Positions 55,219 to 64,000 of a DNA stretch of 64,000 nucleotides are shown here, piece by piece (the first letter of the stretch is position 1; each line of letters opens with the position of its first letter). This stretch comes from an uncultured archaeon (GTDB lineage Archaea > Altiarchaeota > Altiarchaeia > IMC4 > SCGC-AAA252-I15): the NCBI GenBank assembly GCA_902384455.1, contig CABMCB010000071.1, positions 59,774 through 123,773 of the forward strand, given 5' to 3'. The notes beneath the pieces were generated by a model, which was not told the DNA's origin, ran no database searches, and worked only from the letters and a program-made list of their open reading frames with translations. Both the position numbers and the translations under genes were made by a program.

Positions 55219-57080
55219 AAAACAATATGATGAAAGAAAAATTCGGCGTCGAAGGCATGACTTGCAGCGGCTGCGAGCGGATAATAGAAAAGAAGGTGTC
55301 TAAGCTGCCGGGCGTTACTAAGGTTTCCACGGACTTTCGGACCGGGAAAGGCAGCATAACCTACGACAAAAGCGCAGTAAGCCGCGAAGACATAATGGCC
55401 GAAATGAAGGATTGCGGGTACGTATGCTCTTTTGGCGAAGGAAAAAAGACGAGTCCCTACGCAGGCATATCCATCCTTTTGGGTGCGCTCATAGTTTTGG
55501 GCGGAGCCTACGTCCTCGCTGCGCCACGCATAGAAGGATTAATCCCCTCAGTAGACCAAAACACGTCGCTTATACTCCTATTCATAGTAGGACTGTTCAC
55601 GGGATTCCACTGCGTAGCAATGTGCGGCGGATTCGTAGTATCCTACACCACAAAATCCGCGGCAGAAGGCAAGGCCGGATTCAACTTAGGTTCCCACGCA
55701 GCATACGCCGTAGGAAAAACACTCTCCTATACAGTAATAGGGGCTACGTTCGGATTCATAGGAAGCTTCTTCACGTTCACACCCTTCCTAAGGGGAGCGG
55801 CAGCAATACTGGCGGGAGCATTCCTCGTAATATTCGGGCTGTCAATGCTTGACGCATTCAGCCAACTACGAAGGTTCAGACTTAAAACGCCATCCGTCAT
55901 GCAAAAACTCACATACAAATGGATGGGAAACAACTCAAACCCACTCATAATAGGACTACTGAACGGCCTAATGATAGCGTGCGGCCCCCTTCAGGCAATG
56001 TACCTGTTGGCTGCTGCAAGCGGAAGCGCCTACTTAGGCGGACTGTACCTTATGGCATTCGGCCTTGGGACGTTGCCTTTGCTTGTCGGATTCGGGGTTG
56101 TGACGTCGCTTGTTTCGGCGCAGTTCACTCATAAGATACTCAAGTTTTCCGGCGTATTCGTTGTGATTTTAGGGCTCATTATGCTTAACCGCGGGTTGAC
56201 GCTTACAGGCACAGGATACGATTTGAGTTCAATAGTGGCCGTCGCCTCCGCTTCAACGGCTATTCCGGAAGCTTCTGCGACCTCGCAGCAGCCGTCTTAT
56301 CAGGAAATCCGGATGGATGTTACTGCGGAAGGATGGAGTCCGGACTCGTTCGTTTTGCAGAAAGGCGTCCCAGTAAAGTGGGTTATCAACGTCAAGGAGC
56401 TCACCAACTGCAACAAAGCGATACAGGTGCCTAAACTGGGCTTATACTTCAACCTTAAGCAGGGAGTTCAGACTATCGAGTTCACTCCAAACGAGTCTGG
56501 GGTTATACCTTGGAGCTGCTGGATGGGGATGATTCCCGGCAGGTTCATAGTCAAAGACGACGCGGTAGCGGCGGGCGCAAACCCGATAGCGGCTGAGCCG
56601 TTCAAAACGCAAAATCCGCCAGCAGGCCAAAACCCAGCTAATCCGGCCCCGACTACTACGATAGCGGCGCAGCCGACAGTCCAGGTTTTACCTGCAGACC
56701 CATCAAGCCCATCCAATTACCAGGAAATCCGCATGGACGTAACGGCCTCAGGATTTTCCCCAAATAAGTTCGTGCTAAAGCGCGGAGTCCCGGTGAAGTG
56801 GATAATCAACGGGAAGCAACTCACAGGCTGCAACAGCGCAATCAAAGTGCCATCTCTAGGTCTGCAGTTCAATGTGAAAGAAGGCCTGCAGACGATAGAG
56901 TTCACTCCGAATGACGCGGGCACCATTCAATGGAGCTGCTGGATGGGTATGCTTCGCGGAGTCTTCGTAGTCCAAGACGACACGTCAAACGTTGCGGCCG
57001 CACTAAACACGGTCCAAGTTCCGCAAGGAGGAAGTTGTGGAGGCGGAGGTGGCGGCTGCGGCTGCGGGATGATGAGGTAA
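55215..57080 (+). CDS. Fusion protein: HMA domain, then a DsbD_2/UreH-like metal permease with an HCxxMCGG motif, then two cupredoxin-like repeats
   Basis: 'GMTCSGCERI' HMA motif; about 6 TM with 'FHCVAMCGG'. Two ~110-aa repeats follow ('YQEIRMDVTA…IEFTP…WSCWMGM'). C-terminal 'GGSCGGGGGGCGCGMMR'. Confidence 0.65.
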   Translation: MKNNMMKEKFGVEGMTCSGCERIIEKKVSKLPGVTKVSTDFRTGKGSITYDKSAVSREDIMAEMKDCGYVCSFGEGKKTSPYAGISILLGALIVLGGAYVLAAPRIEGLIPSVDQNTSLILLFIVGLFTGFHCVAMCGGFVVSYTTKSAAEGKAGFNLGSHAAYAVGKTLSYTVIGATFGFIGSFFTFTPFLRGAAAILAGAFLVIFGLSMLDAFSQLRRFRLKTPSVMQKLTYKWMGNNSNPLIIGLLNGLMIACGPLQAMYLLAAASGSAYLGGLYLMAFGLGTLPLLVGFGVVTSLVSAQFTHKILKFSGVFVVILGLIMLNRGLTLTGTGYDLSSIVAVASASTAIPEASATSQQPSYQEIRMDVTAEGWSPDSFVLQKGVPVKWVINVKELTNCNKAIQVPKLGLYFNLKQGVQTIEFTPNESGVIPWSCWMGMIPGRFIVKDDAVAAGANPIAAEPFKTQNPPAGQNPANPAPTTTIAAQPTVQVLPADPSSPSNYQEIRMDVTASGFSPNKFVLKRGVPVKWIINGKQLTGCNSAIKVPSLGLQFNVKEGLQTIEFTPNDAGTIQWSCWMGMLRGVFVVQDDTSNVAAALNTVQVPQGGSCGGGGGGCGCGMMR

Positions 57081-57100
57081 AAGGGAGGAGAGTGAAAAAA

Positions 57101-57583
57101 ATGTCAAATAAACAGATAGCGGCGGTTGCGTTCATACTGGTTGTGGCGGCAGCGTGGATGTTCGTCAAGCCCGGTCAAGCAAACGCAATTTCGGCAGCAA
57201 ACAGTCAAGCACAGGGAACTACCCCCTCAGTTACGTCCGACTCAAACACGGTGAAAATACCGTTGTCCGAAGTATCTGCTTCAATGAGGAAATACACGGA
57301 AAACTTAGATGGGGCCTCAGTTAGGTACATAGTGGTCTTAGGCTCCGACGGGCAGCCAAGAACGGCATTTGATGCATGCGAAGTTTGCGGCGGCGCAAAA
57401 GGATACCGGCAGGAAGGGAGTGAACTGGTGTGCAACAATTGCGGCAAGGCGTTTAGAGTTGACGACCTTGGCGCTAAGAATACGGCTGGAGGGTGCTGGC
57501 CGGTTAATCTGCCCCACAAAGTGGAAGGCGGCTACGTAGTAATAGCTAAGTCGGACCTGTCTGCAGGCAAAAGGTACTTTTAG
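57101..57583 (+). CDS. DUF2318-like membrane-anchored Cys4 protein
   Basis: N-terminal TM 'IAAVAFILVVAAAWMF', then 'FDACEVCGGAKGY…LVCNNCGKAF'. RBS 'gggaggag' lies 8 nt upstream of ATG 57101. Confidence 0.55.
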   Translation: MSNKQIAAVAFILVVAAAWMFVKPGQANAISAANSQAQGTTPSVTSDSNTVKIPLSEVSASMRKYTENLDGASVRYIVVLGSDGQPRTAFDACEVCGGAKGYRQEGSELVCNNCGKAFRVDDLGAKNTAGGCWPVNLPHKVEGGYVVIAKSDLSAGKRYF

Positions 57584-57619
57584 TCCTCCAAAACGCTTTA
57601 GCAAGCAAATACAGCCAAG

Positions 57620-59800
57620 ATGAAGACTAACTTGCGTATCTCCGGGATGCACTGCGCCAACTGCTCCACGCTCATAACCCGCACTTTAAAGAAGACGCCC
57701 GGAGTGACGGACGCAAACGTGAACCTTTCGACTGAAAAGGCGGCTGTTGATTACGATGAAACTAAGGTGTCTGTGCAGGAAATTATTTCCGCCGTAAAAA
57801 ACAAGGGTTATGGGGCGCAGGTTTCGACTGAAGCGGACAAGACGACTGAGGAACTGGAGAAGAAGGAGGAACTGGCAAGAACCAGTAAGTTGCTTTTTTT
57901 CAGCGTGATGCTGGCCGTTCCCGCCGCACTCTTAGGGATGGTCTTTATGGAGCGCGTCCCCTACGCAATTTACTTCCTGTTTCTTCTTGCGACGCCAGTG
58001 CAGTTCATAGCGGGAGCCCGTTTCTATAAAGGTGCGTGGTCCGCCCTGAAAAACAAGACGAGCAACATGGACACTCTGGTTGCGTTGGGGACGTCGGCGG
58101 CGTACTTCTACAGCGTAGTTGTGATGCTCACGAACCCGATGGGGAACCAGTACTTCGAGACCGCAGCAGTACTCATAACATTCGTGCTTCTTGGAAAGTA
58201 CCTTGAGGCGAAGGCTAAGGGGAAAACGAGCGAAGCAATAAAGAAGCTCATGGACATGAGCTCTAAGACGGCGACAGTAATCCGCGACGGCAAAGAACTG
58301 ATTCTTCCCGTAGAGCAGGTCGTAGTCGGAGACATAATACTCGTTAAACCCGGAGAGAAAATCCCGGTGGACGGCACAATCATATCCGGCGCAAGCAGCA
58401 TAGACGAATCGATGATAACCGGAGAAAGCGTTCCAGTCGAAAAAACAGCAGGAAACGCGGTAATCGGCTCAACGATAAACAAGCACGGAAGCTTCAAATT
58501 CAAGGCCACGAAAGTCGGCGCGGACACGACGCTCGCTCACATAATAAAGCTGGTGGAAGACGCGCAAGGTTCGCGCGCCCCGATACAGCGGTTCGCAGAC
58601 TCGGTCAGCAGCATCTTCGTCCCCGCAGTAATAACAATAGCAATACTCTCGTTCGCATTCTGGTACATACTCGCAGGAAAAACACTCGCATTCGCCCTCA
58701 TAATAGCAGTATCCGTCCTTGTGATATCCTGTCCCTGTGCGCTAGGCTTGGCTACACCCACCGCCATAATGGTGGGCATAGGCAAAGGCGCTGAGCTCGG
58801 CATACTAATCAAAAGCGGAGAAGCCCTTGAAACAGCCCAAAAAATAAACGCCGTCATATTCGACAAAACAGGCACCATCACAAAAGGAACGCCCTCAGTC
58901 ACAGACGTAATACCTCTACCCGGATTCACCGAAGAAGAAGCAATCACCTACGCAGCAAGCGTTGAGAAAAACTCAGAGCACCCGCTTGCCGAAGCAATAC
59001 TCAAACACGCCAAAGAAAAAGACGTGACGCCAACAGAAGTCACACACTTCACAGCAATACCCGGCCACGGAATAACTGCAACAGCCCACGGAAAAAAGAT
59101 TATCTTCGGCAACAGAAAGCTAGCGGCAGAACAAAAAATAGACACAACCCCCTTCGAAGACCGGCTCACTGCGCTCGAAGACGAAGGGAAAACCGTTGTG
59201 ATACTCGCAGTAGGCGGCACGCCTGCGGCATTGATTGCAATAGCCGACACAATCAAAGAAACGTCTCCTCCTGCAGTCGAAGAGCTGAAGAGAATCGGCG
59301 TCGAAGTCTACATGATAACAGGAGACAACAAAAGGACCGCGAAAGCAGTAGCAAAGAAAGCCCACATCGACAACGTCTTCTCCGAAGTCCTGCCGGAAGA
59401 CAAAGCCCGCCACGTCAAAGAACTGCAGGAAAAAGGCAAAAAAGTCGCAATGGTAGGCGACGGAATAAACGACGCACCCGCGCTCGCACAAGCAGACGTA
59501 GGAATAGTCATGGCCTCAGGCACCGACGTGGCGATGGAGGCCGGAGGAATAGTATTGATGAAAAACAATCCGGCTGACGTAGTAAAGGCGATTCGTTTAA
59601 GCAGGACCACTATGAGCAAAATAAGGCAAAACATGTTTTGGGCGCTCGTATACAACACGCTTGGGATACCTGTGGCTGCGGGAATATTCTATCCGTTCAC
59701 CGGGTGGCTTCTTTCTCCAATAATAGCCGGAGGCGCGATGGCGTTAAGTTCGGTGTCCGTCGTAAGCAACTCGCTGCTGTTGAAGTACAAGAAAATTTAA
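57620..59800 (+). CDS. copA: Copper-translocating P1B-type ATPase
   Basis: N-terminal HMA 'GMHCANC', TM6 'CPC' ('[12 protein letters not shown]'), phosphorylation site 'DKTGTIT', hinge '[10 protein letters not shown]' and HP motif 'SEHPLA'. Confidence 0.92.
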   Translation: MKTNLRISGMHCANCSTLITRTLKKTPGVTDANVNLSTEKAAVDYDETKVSVQEIISAVKNKGYGAQVSTEADKTTEELEKKEELARTSKLLFFSVMLAVPAALLGMVFMERVPYAIYFLFLLATPVQFIAGARFYKGAWSALKNKTSNMDTLVALGTSAAYFYSVVVMLTNPMGNQYFETAAVLITFVLLGKYLEAKAKGKTSEAIKKLMDMSSKTATVIRDGKELILPVEQVVVGDIILVKPGEKIPVDGTIISGASSIDESMITGESVPVEKTAGNAVIGSTINKHGSFKFKATKVGADTTLAHIIKLVEDAQGSRAPIQRFADSVSSIFVPAVITIAILSFAFWYILAGKTLAFALIIAVSVLVISCPCALGLATPTAIMVGIGKGAELGILIKSGEALETAQKINAVIFDKTGTITKGTPSVTDVIPLPGFTEEEAITYAASVEKNSEHPLAEAILKHAKEKDVTPTEVTHFTAIPGHGITATAHGKKIIFGNRKLAAEQKIDTTPFEDRLTALEDEGKTVVILAVGGTPAALIAIADTIKETSPPAVEELKRIGVEVYMITGDNKRTAKAVAKKAHIDNVFSEVLPEDKARHVKELQEKGKKVAMVGDGINDAPALAQADVGIVMASGTDVAMEAGGIVLMKNNPADVVKAIRLSRTTMSKIRQNMFWALVYNTLGIPVAAGIFYPFTGWLLSPIIAGGAMALSSVSVVSNSLLLKYKKI

Positions 59801-59859
59801 TCCGAGTGGTACGGTCTCACTCCACAAGTACATAAAGACATAAAATCCCTAAAGGGGGT

Positions 59860-60489
59860 ATGTCTGTGAAAAAGTTAGATTCATCATCCCTCCACCTGAT
59901 TCATTCTGCGGTTGGTTTAGCGCTGGTTCTAATTGCGATAACTGCGATGGTTTTGGGGTCTCTTGTTTACTATGTGGTGGAAAACAGCAGTCCGAAAGAT
60001 GAAACTCCGGCAACAACTCAGGTATCTCAATTGTCAACAACCACTTCAAATTCTTCCGCAGAAACATCTACCCTACAGACTTCAACAACGTCAACCACCA
60101 CAACATCCACGACCTCGATCTCTACGACATCAACAACATCAACCTCCACAACCACAACAACCACATCCACAACCACCACAACGTCGACCCAAGTATTTTC
60201 AATCCCGACAATACCCACGTACTCACCCCAGATTCCCAAGAACCTTACCGGCAAAGGATACCACAAAATAGTGCTCAAAATAGTGATGCCGGCTCAAATA
60301 GACGAACCACGACAAAAAGAACTACTATACAAATACTACCCCGACAAAGGCATCCTCTGGTTGGACATAAGAAGGACGGCCGATAGCGACACTATAGTCT
60401 ACGACCCCAAACTGCTTTCTCAGGAAGACGTCCTCAGGTTAACGTCATTGCAAAGCGACTCAACATTGATAGAAGACAAGGAAATATAG
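59860..60489 (+). CDS. Secreted Thr/Ser-rich (mucin-like) protein
   Basis: Signal anchor, then a ~70-aa stretch of near-pure Thr/Ser ('TTSTTTTSTTSISTTSTTSTSTTTTTTSTTTTTSTQ'), then a folded C-terminal domain. RBS 'aaggggg' upstream. Confidence 0.5.
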   Translation: MSVKKLDSSSLHLIHSAVGLALVLIAITAMVLGSLVYYVVENSSPKDETPATTQVSQLSTTTSNSSAETSTLQTSTTSTTTTSTTSISTTSTTSTSTTTTTTSTTTTTSTQVFSIPTIPTYSPQIPKNLTGKGYHKIVLKIVMPAQIDEPRQKELLYKYYPDKGILWLDIRRTADSDTIVYDPKLLSQEDVLRLTSLQSDSTLIEDKEI

Positions 60490-60500
60490 CGCGAATTCTT

Positions 60501-61559
60501 TTATTCTGGTTCTCCCGTGTCCTGCTCTATACGTTGGGCAGGCGTCTTTTTTGTGTAGTCGTCTGTTGTGAATTCTTTTTTGGACGTTGCGAGCGTGTGG
60601 TATTTTTCGAAGTCTATCCCTGTGTGCCAGCCGTCTTTTTTCTTGAATTTCTTTTTGGCAAGGAGCACTGCGCGCGACGGCGGGTGGTCTGATGCGATTT
60701 CATAGTCCGGCAAGTGCTTAAGTAGTTCCTGAGAGAACGCGAGCGCTTCCTCGTGAGTCGGCATGTTGGCTAAATTAAGCCTCTGCCGGGATGCGCCAAC
60801 AAACATGTATCCTTTCGCTTCCACAAAGTCGGGGTCTGCTTTCTTGATTAGATTGGCGTATTCTTCGGCTTCCGTCATGTTCATGTCTTTGACTAATGTG
60901 AGTCGGATGCATGTTCTTTGTTTTTTATTGGAAAGCTCTTCAAGGCTCATGTTAAGGCGTTCCCAGTAGTCCGGGAAAAGGGGCACATCCACTTTCTTCA
61001 AAAGTTCTTTTGTCGGCGCGTCCACTGAAAGATACAGTTGCGTCACAGGGGCAAGGTCGCGTATCTGCTTGGGGTACTGCGCGTTTGTGACAAGGAAAGT
61101 TGAGATGCCGCGCTCATCAAGAACATTAATCAGCTCGTTTATGCGCGGGTAAATTATGGGTTCTCCCGTAAGCGACAAAGCCGCGTGCTTGACGGTCTTA
61201 GACGCATCATACGCTGCGCGGTCAACCTTAGAGTTCCCCTTAAACCCCACAAGAAGGTCGTGGTGCGCAGCCAAACATCCGTCAACAATCGCCTCAGGCT
61301 CATCCACGCTCCACCCCCACTCCTTAGCGACAGGCGCCTTATACCCCCGCCAGCAGAAAACGCAGCGGTTAGCGCAGCTTAAACTCGGCGACATCTGAAG
61401 ACAATTGCTGCTTACGACCCCGTAAAACCTCATCTTATAGCAGCAGCCTTCCCCCCTAAGCATCTTCTTAGCCCAACCGCAGACTTTAACTGCGCTATGG
61501 CCACCAACTACCCTGTACTGCTGCTTCTCAAGCTCCCTACGGGCATCCTCATTCAACAT
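60501..61559 (-). CDS. taw1: tRNA 4-demethylwyosine synthase (radical SAM, Taw1/TYW1-like)
   Basis: 'HSAVKVCGWAKKMLRGEGCCYKMRFYGVVSSNCLQMSPSLSCANRCVFCWR' matches the archaeal Taw1 N-terminus, including the CxxxCxxC cluster. 352 aa. Confidence 0.8.
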   Translation of the reverse strand: MLNEDARRELEKQQYRVVGGHSAVKVCGWAKKMLRGEGCCYKMRFYGVVSSNCLQMSPSLSCANRCVFCWRGYKAPVAKEWGWSVDEPEAIVDGCLAAHHDLLVGFKGNSKVDRAAYDASKTVKHAALSLTGEPIIYPRINELINVLDERGISTFLVTNAQYPKQIRDLAPVTQLYLSVDAPTKELLKKVDVPLFPDYWERLNMSLEELSNKKQRTCIRLTLVKDMNMTEAEEYANLIKKADPDFVEAKGYMFVGASRQRLNLANMPTHEEALAFSQELLKHLPDYEIASDHPPSRAVLLAKKKFKKKDGWHTGIDFEKYHTLATSKKEFTTDDYTKKTPAQRIEQDTGEPE

Positions 61560-61607
61560 GATGTACGGCAGATTCTAGCAAGCCCCAAAATAAAAGCAGA
61601 CTATAGA

Positions 61608-62165
61608 CTATTGGTTCAGCTTAACCGTCTTGTCGCAGAACATCGCAACCTCCTTCTTCACTTCCCTGTCTGACTCGGCATTATAAGATAGGAGGCCGCA
61701 GCTTACTTGGCTTACTCTCAGTTTGGTGATTGTGGAGTGTATGAAGCGGGTGTAAACCGCGGGGTCGTTGTATATGAGCATTGAGCTTAAGGAGTCTATG
61801 AGGAGGAATTTTTTGTTTGGAAGAGTCCGGGCTGCTTCGCTTACGGCAATAGAGATGCTTGTGAGGTCTGATACGTCGTCCATGAACGCGACGTTCGCCG
61901 AGTCTTCAGTCTTAATCGTATGTTTGGAGAGGCAGTCTATGAAAAATATTTTACTGACATCAACCTTCTTCTCATTGTACACCCGCAATAGGTTAGTGTA
62001 CGGTCTTCCCGCTGAAACCAGGATTATGCTGTATCCTTCGCCAGCAAGAAACCTGACGACTTCAACGTTCACTTCCGTCGCGTCCTCGCCGTTTGCTTCA
62101 ATCAGAACTATTGAGCCCTCCGGCAGATTGTGCAGTCCAGTCCGGATTACTCGCGGGTTAATCAT
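61608..62165 (-). CDS. RecA-superfamily / KaiC-like fold protein without a canonical Walker A
   Basis: 185 aa, with 'GSIVLIEANGEDATEVNVEVVRFLAGEGYSIILVS' resembling KaiC/DUF835-type archaeal proteins. It overlaps ribL by 4 nt. Confidence 0.4.
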   Translation of the reverse strand: MINPRVIRTGLHNLPEGSIVLIEANGEDATEVNVEVVRFLAGEGYSIILVSAGRPYTNLLRVYNEKKVDVSKIFFIDCLSKHTIKTEDSANVAFMDDVSDLTSISIAVSEAARTLPNKKFLLIDSLSSMLIYNDPAVYTRFIHSTITKLRVSQVSCGLLSYNAESDREVKKEVAMFCDKTVKLNQ

Positions 62166-62656
62166 TTTCTTCGCTTAACTGCGTGCGGTTTCCTGCAGGG
62201 AACACTCCTTTTCGCCTTCTTCACAATAGGCTTCACGCCGAAAACGCAGTCGTAGATTTCCGGCTTATACGGCTTAATCAAAACAACCCTCGCCTTAAGC
62301 CCCGCTTTCTCAAGCTCCATCTGAAGAAGCTTTCCGTCAACAGGGTGATAACAAGTCAAAGCAATAACGTCCGGATTAACTTCCGCAATCCTCTGAAGAG
62401 ACTTTTTAGTGCTCCCCAAAACCACCCGGTCCGCGATGCCCAACCCCTCAACAAGAGCCCTCCTCTCCGCCTCCGGCAGATTGTACTTGCGCGGCAACTT
62501 CCAACGCGCCCTATCGCGGCCAATAGAAACAACAAGGAAGCCTCCAAGTTTCTTCGCCGCCTTAAGGTAATACAGGTGTCCAGTGTGGACGCCGTCGAAT
62601 GCGCCGAAAGCCATAACTACCTTTTTCTTTGGAGCAGAAGCAGTTTTCTTCATCAT
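62162..62656 (-). CDS. ribL: FAD synthetase, archaeal RibL-type cytidylyltransferase
   Basis: 'KVVMAFGAFDGVHTGHLYYL' nucleotidyltransferase (H/T)xGH motif. Its size matches the archaeal RibL family. Confidence 0.7.
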   Translation of the reverse strand: MMKKTASAPKKKVVMAFGAFDGVHTGHLYYLKAAKKLGGFLVVSIGRDRARWKLPRKYNLPEAERRALVEGLGIADRVVLGSTKKSLQRIAEVNPDVIALTCYHPVDGKLLQMELEKAGLKARVVLIKPYKPEIYDCVFGVKPIVKKAKRSVPCRKPHAVKRRK

Positions 62657-62689
62657 TCAATTAATCTATACTGCCAACTAAAAAAGGGG

Positions 62690-63448
62690 TTAAACCTTAA
62701 GCCGTCTTCTGCTTCCGATGAGGTACCCTACGCATGCGCCTGCGACGAGAGTAAGTATGATTATCGCGGCAACATCAACATAAGGAATAGATGGTATGTG
62801 GCCTGCAACGCCGGTCTGGGCTACATGCTGGTAAGTATCGCTTACGTTCTGCACGGCTAAGGTGGCGGCTTCTTTTACCTTTTCAGAGGCATTCTCAACG
62901 GCAGGCGCAACAGCCCTCAACATGGGCGCAGGCGCTCCCGCCAAAGTGTCGCTCGCATTCAAAGAACCGGCGACTACTTCGTATGCGACTTCACTTGCGT
63001 TCCCTACTGCCGTCGTCATAACGCGAGGCGCCTCATCAGCAATCGTATTAACCCCAACTCCCCCCCACCCCGGAGGCTGAATATCACTGAATGATTGCAT
63101 GGCTAGGCCTTGGATTCTCCCTATCAGCCTGAACGTCCAAAGCAGCCCCATGAACGCTGAAATGCCCAAAAGCACCCATACGGCAGTCTCCCTTGGGTGT
63201 ACGACGCTTTTGCCTTTGCGGGTAAGCCGGTAATACTTCCATTTAGCCTCCGACGGCTCCTGCTCAATCAACCCTGCGGCAAGAAGCTTATCCAAATGCT
63301 CCTTAACGGTGGACGGCGACATGCTCAAATCGGAAGTCAAGTCTGTGAGAGTCGCCTTGTGGTCGTCAAGGCGCTTTAGAATCTCGACTCGGGTATCAAC
63401 AGCCAAAGCCTTGAAAGTATCGCGGTCAAGCGTGATCTTATCGTCCAT
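62690..63448 (-). CDS. Membrane-anchored ArsR-family HTH regulator with an extracytoplasmic C-terminal domain
   Basis: 'FKALAVDTRVEILKRLDDHKATLTDLTSDLSMSPSTVKEHLDKLLAAGLI' wHTH, then TM 'AVWVLLGISAFMGLLW', a soluble domain and a second TM. Confidence 0.6.
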   Translation of the reverse strand: MDDKITLDRDTFKALAVDTRVEILKRLDDHKATLTDLTSDLSMSPSTVKEHLDKLLAAGLIEQEPSEAKWKYYRLTRKGKSVVHPRETAVWVLLGISAFMGLLWTFRLIGRIQGLAMQSFSDIQPPGWGGVGVNTIADEAPRVMTTAVGNASEVAYEVVAGSLNASDTLAGAPAPMLRAVAPAVENASEKVKEAATLAVQNVSDTYQHVAQTGVAGHIPSIPYVDVAAIIILTLVAGACVGYLIGSRRRLKV

Positions 63449-63518
63449 CCTACCTTACAAAATATGCGTCATAAGCCCTTTAAGAACGCGTTTTTACTTC
63501 GGCGCAGGCCGAAACACG

Positions 63519-63920
63519 TTATTTCATCGCGACCTGCAGTTTTCTTCCGTCGCTTGCGTAAGCCGCCACATCCAGGATGCTCTGGTAGGGGTAACCAAGT
63601 ATCAGGTGGATTCCCCCCATCTTCCCGAAGTAAACCAAGTCCATGTCACTGAACCTGTTGTCGCGGCTAGGGTGGCTGTGGACGCTGCCCACGACTCCCG
63701 CGTTCAAAGGCACCATCCAGTCTGGGGCGGACGAAAAACCGTCTCCGAAAGTGGATGCGGGAATAATTAGGACTTCAGTGATGAGGTTTCCTTCCCCCCT
63801 AAGCATCGCCATGAACTCGTCAGGGTAAACCTCCCTCGCCGCCCCCAACATAAGCTCAAGAGCCTCCCTGCGGATTAACACCGGTCCCCCGCCACTTCCA
63901 AAATCCTCCTTTTTCACCAT
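63519..63920 (-). CDS. JAMM/MPN+ metalloprotease (Mov34 family; SAMP/ubiquitin-like deconjugase-like)
   Basis: JAMM motif 'E…HSHPSRDNRFSDMD' (HxH-x7-S-xx-D). 133 aa. Confidence 0.7.
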   Translation of the reverse strand: MVKKEDFGSGGGPVLIRREALELMLGAAREVYPDEFMAMLRGEGNLITEVLIIPASTFGDGFSSAPDWMVPLNAGVVGSVHSHPSRDNRFSDMDLVYFGKMGGIHLILGYPYQSILDVAAYASDGRKLQVAMK

Positions 63921-64000
63921 ATCTACGCCGCTATGCTACTATTTAACGCCCACTGATAAAGTACATACCGAGGTTTAACTATGTCTAAAGCCCCAATTGG

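Noticed and set aside
60040-60200. Simple-sequence DNA repeat (ACC/ACA/TCN-rich)
   Set aside because: It is in-frame coding sequence for the Thr/Ser-rich linker of 59860..60489, not a non-coding satellite.

Overview
This looks like an archaeal chromosome segment of roughly 50% GC. The archaeal call rests on an archaeal-type LeuRS, Taw1, lipoate-protein ligase split into LplA-N and LplB genes, Lrp/AsnC regulators, a JAMM protease and an archaeal RibL-type FAD synthetase.

The first ~31 kb is tightly packed core metabolism:
- gdhA sits divergent from an lrp gene, with palindromic operator-like repeats between them.
- An 8-gene minus-strand operon encodes the complete glycine cleavage system plus lipoylation enzymes: gcvT-gcvH-gcvPA-gcvPB-lipA-lplB-lplA-lpdA.
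- asd and an Lrp-aminotransferase pair follow, then a KUP/APC-type transporter fusion and leuS.
- Two tRNA-Ser genes carry duplicated end-fragments.
- A thiN (thiamine pyrophosphokinase)-thiBPQ thiamine salvage cluster closes this part.

From about 31.7 to 50 kb the content turns accessory and secretome-rich:
- a CDP-alcohol phosphatidyltransferase pair beside tRNA-Arg;
- several paralogous Cys-rich tandem-repeat secreted proteins;
- an orphan response regulator next to a 512-aa unknown protein;
- a minus-strand five-gene module: pilin-like small protein, Q-rich lipoprotein, MacB-type ABC ATPase, FtsX-like permease and a CARDB/COG1361 surface protein, flanked on the opposite strand by a membrane-anchored HTH regulator. 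I consider this the best candidate for an uncharacterised surface/export system;
- a Kazal-like domain protein, a DUF333-like protein, a VirB2-like small membrane protein, a glycosyltransferase and a long U32 peptidase.

The last ~12 kb holds an EmrRAB-like efflux operon, a copper island and a few housekeeping genes:
- the copper island is CopZ, an unusual fusion of an HMA domain, a permease and two cupredoxin-like repeats, a DUF2318-like protein and CopA;
- after it come taw1, ribL overlapping a KaiC-like gene, and a JAMM protease.

There are no CRISPR arrays, integrases or transposases. Many long ORFs antisense to real genes are frame artefacts.
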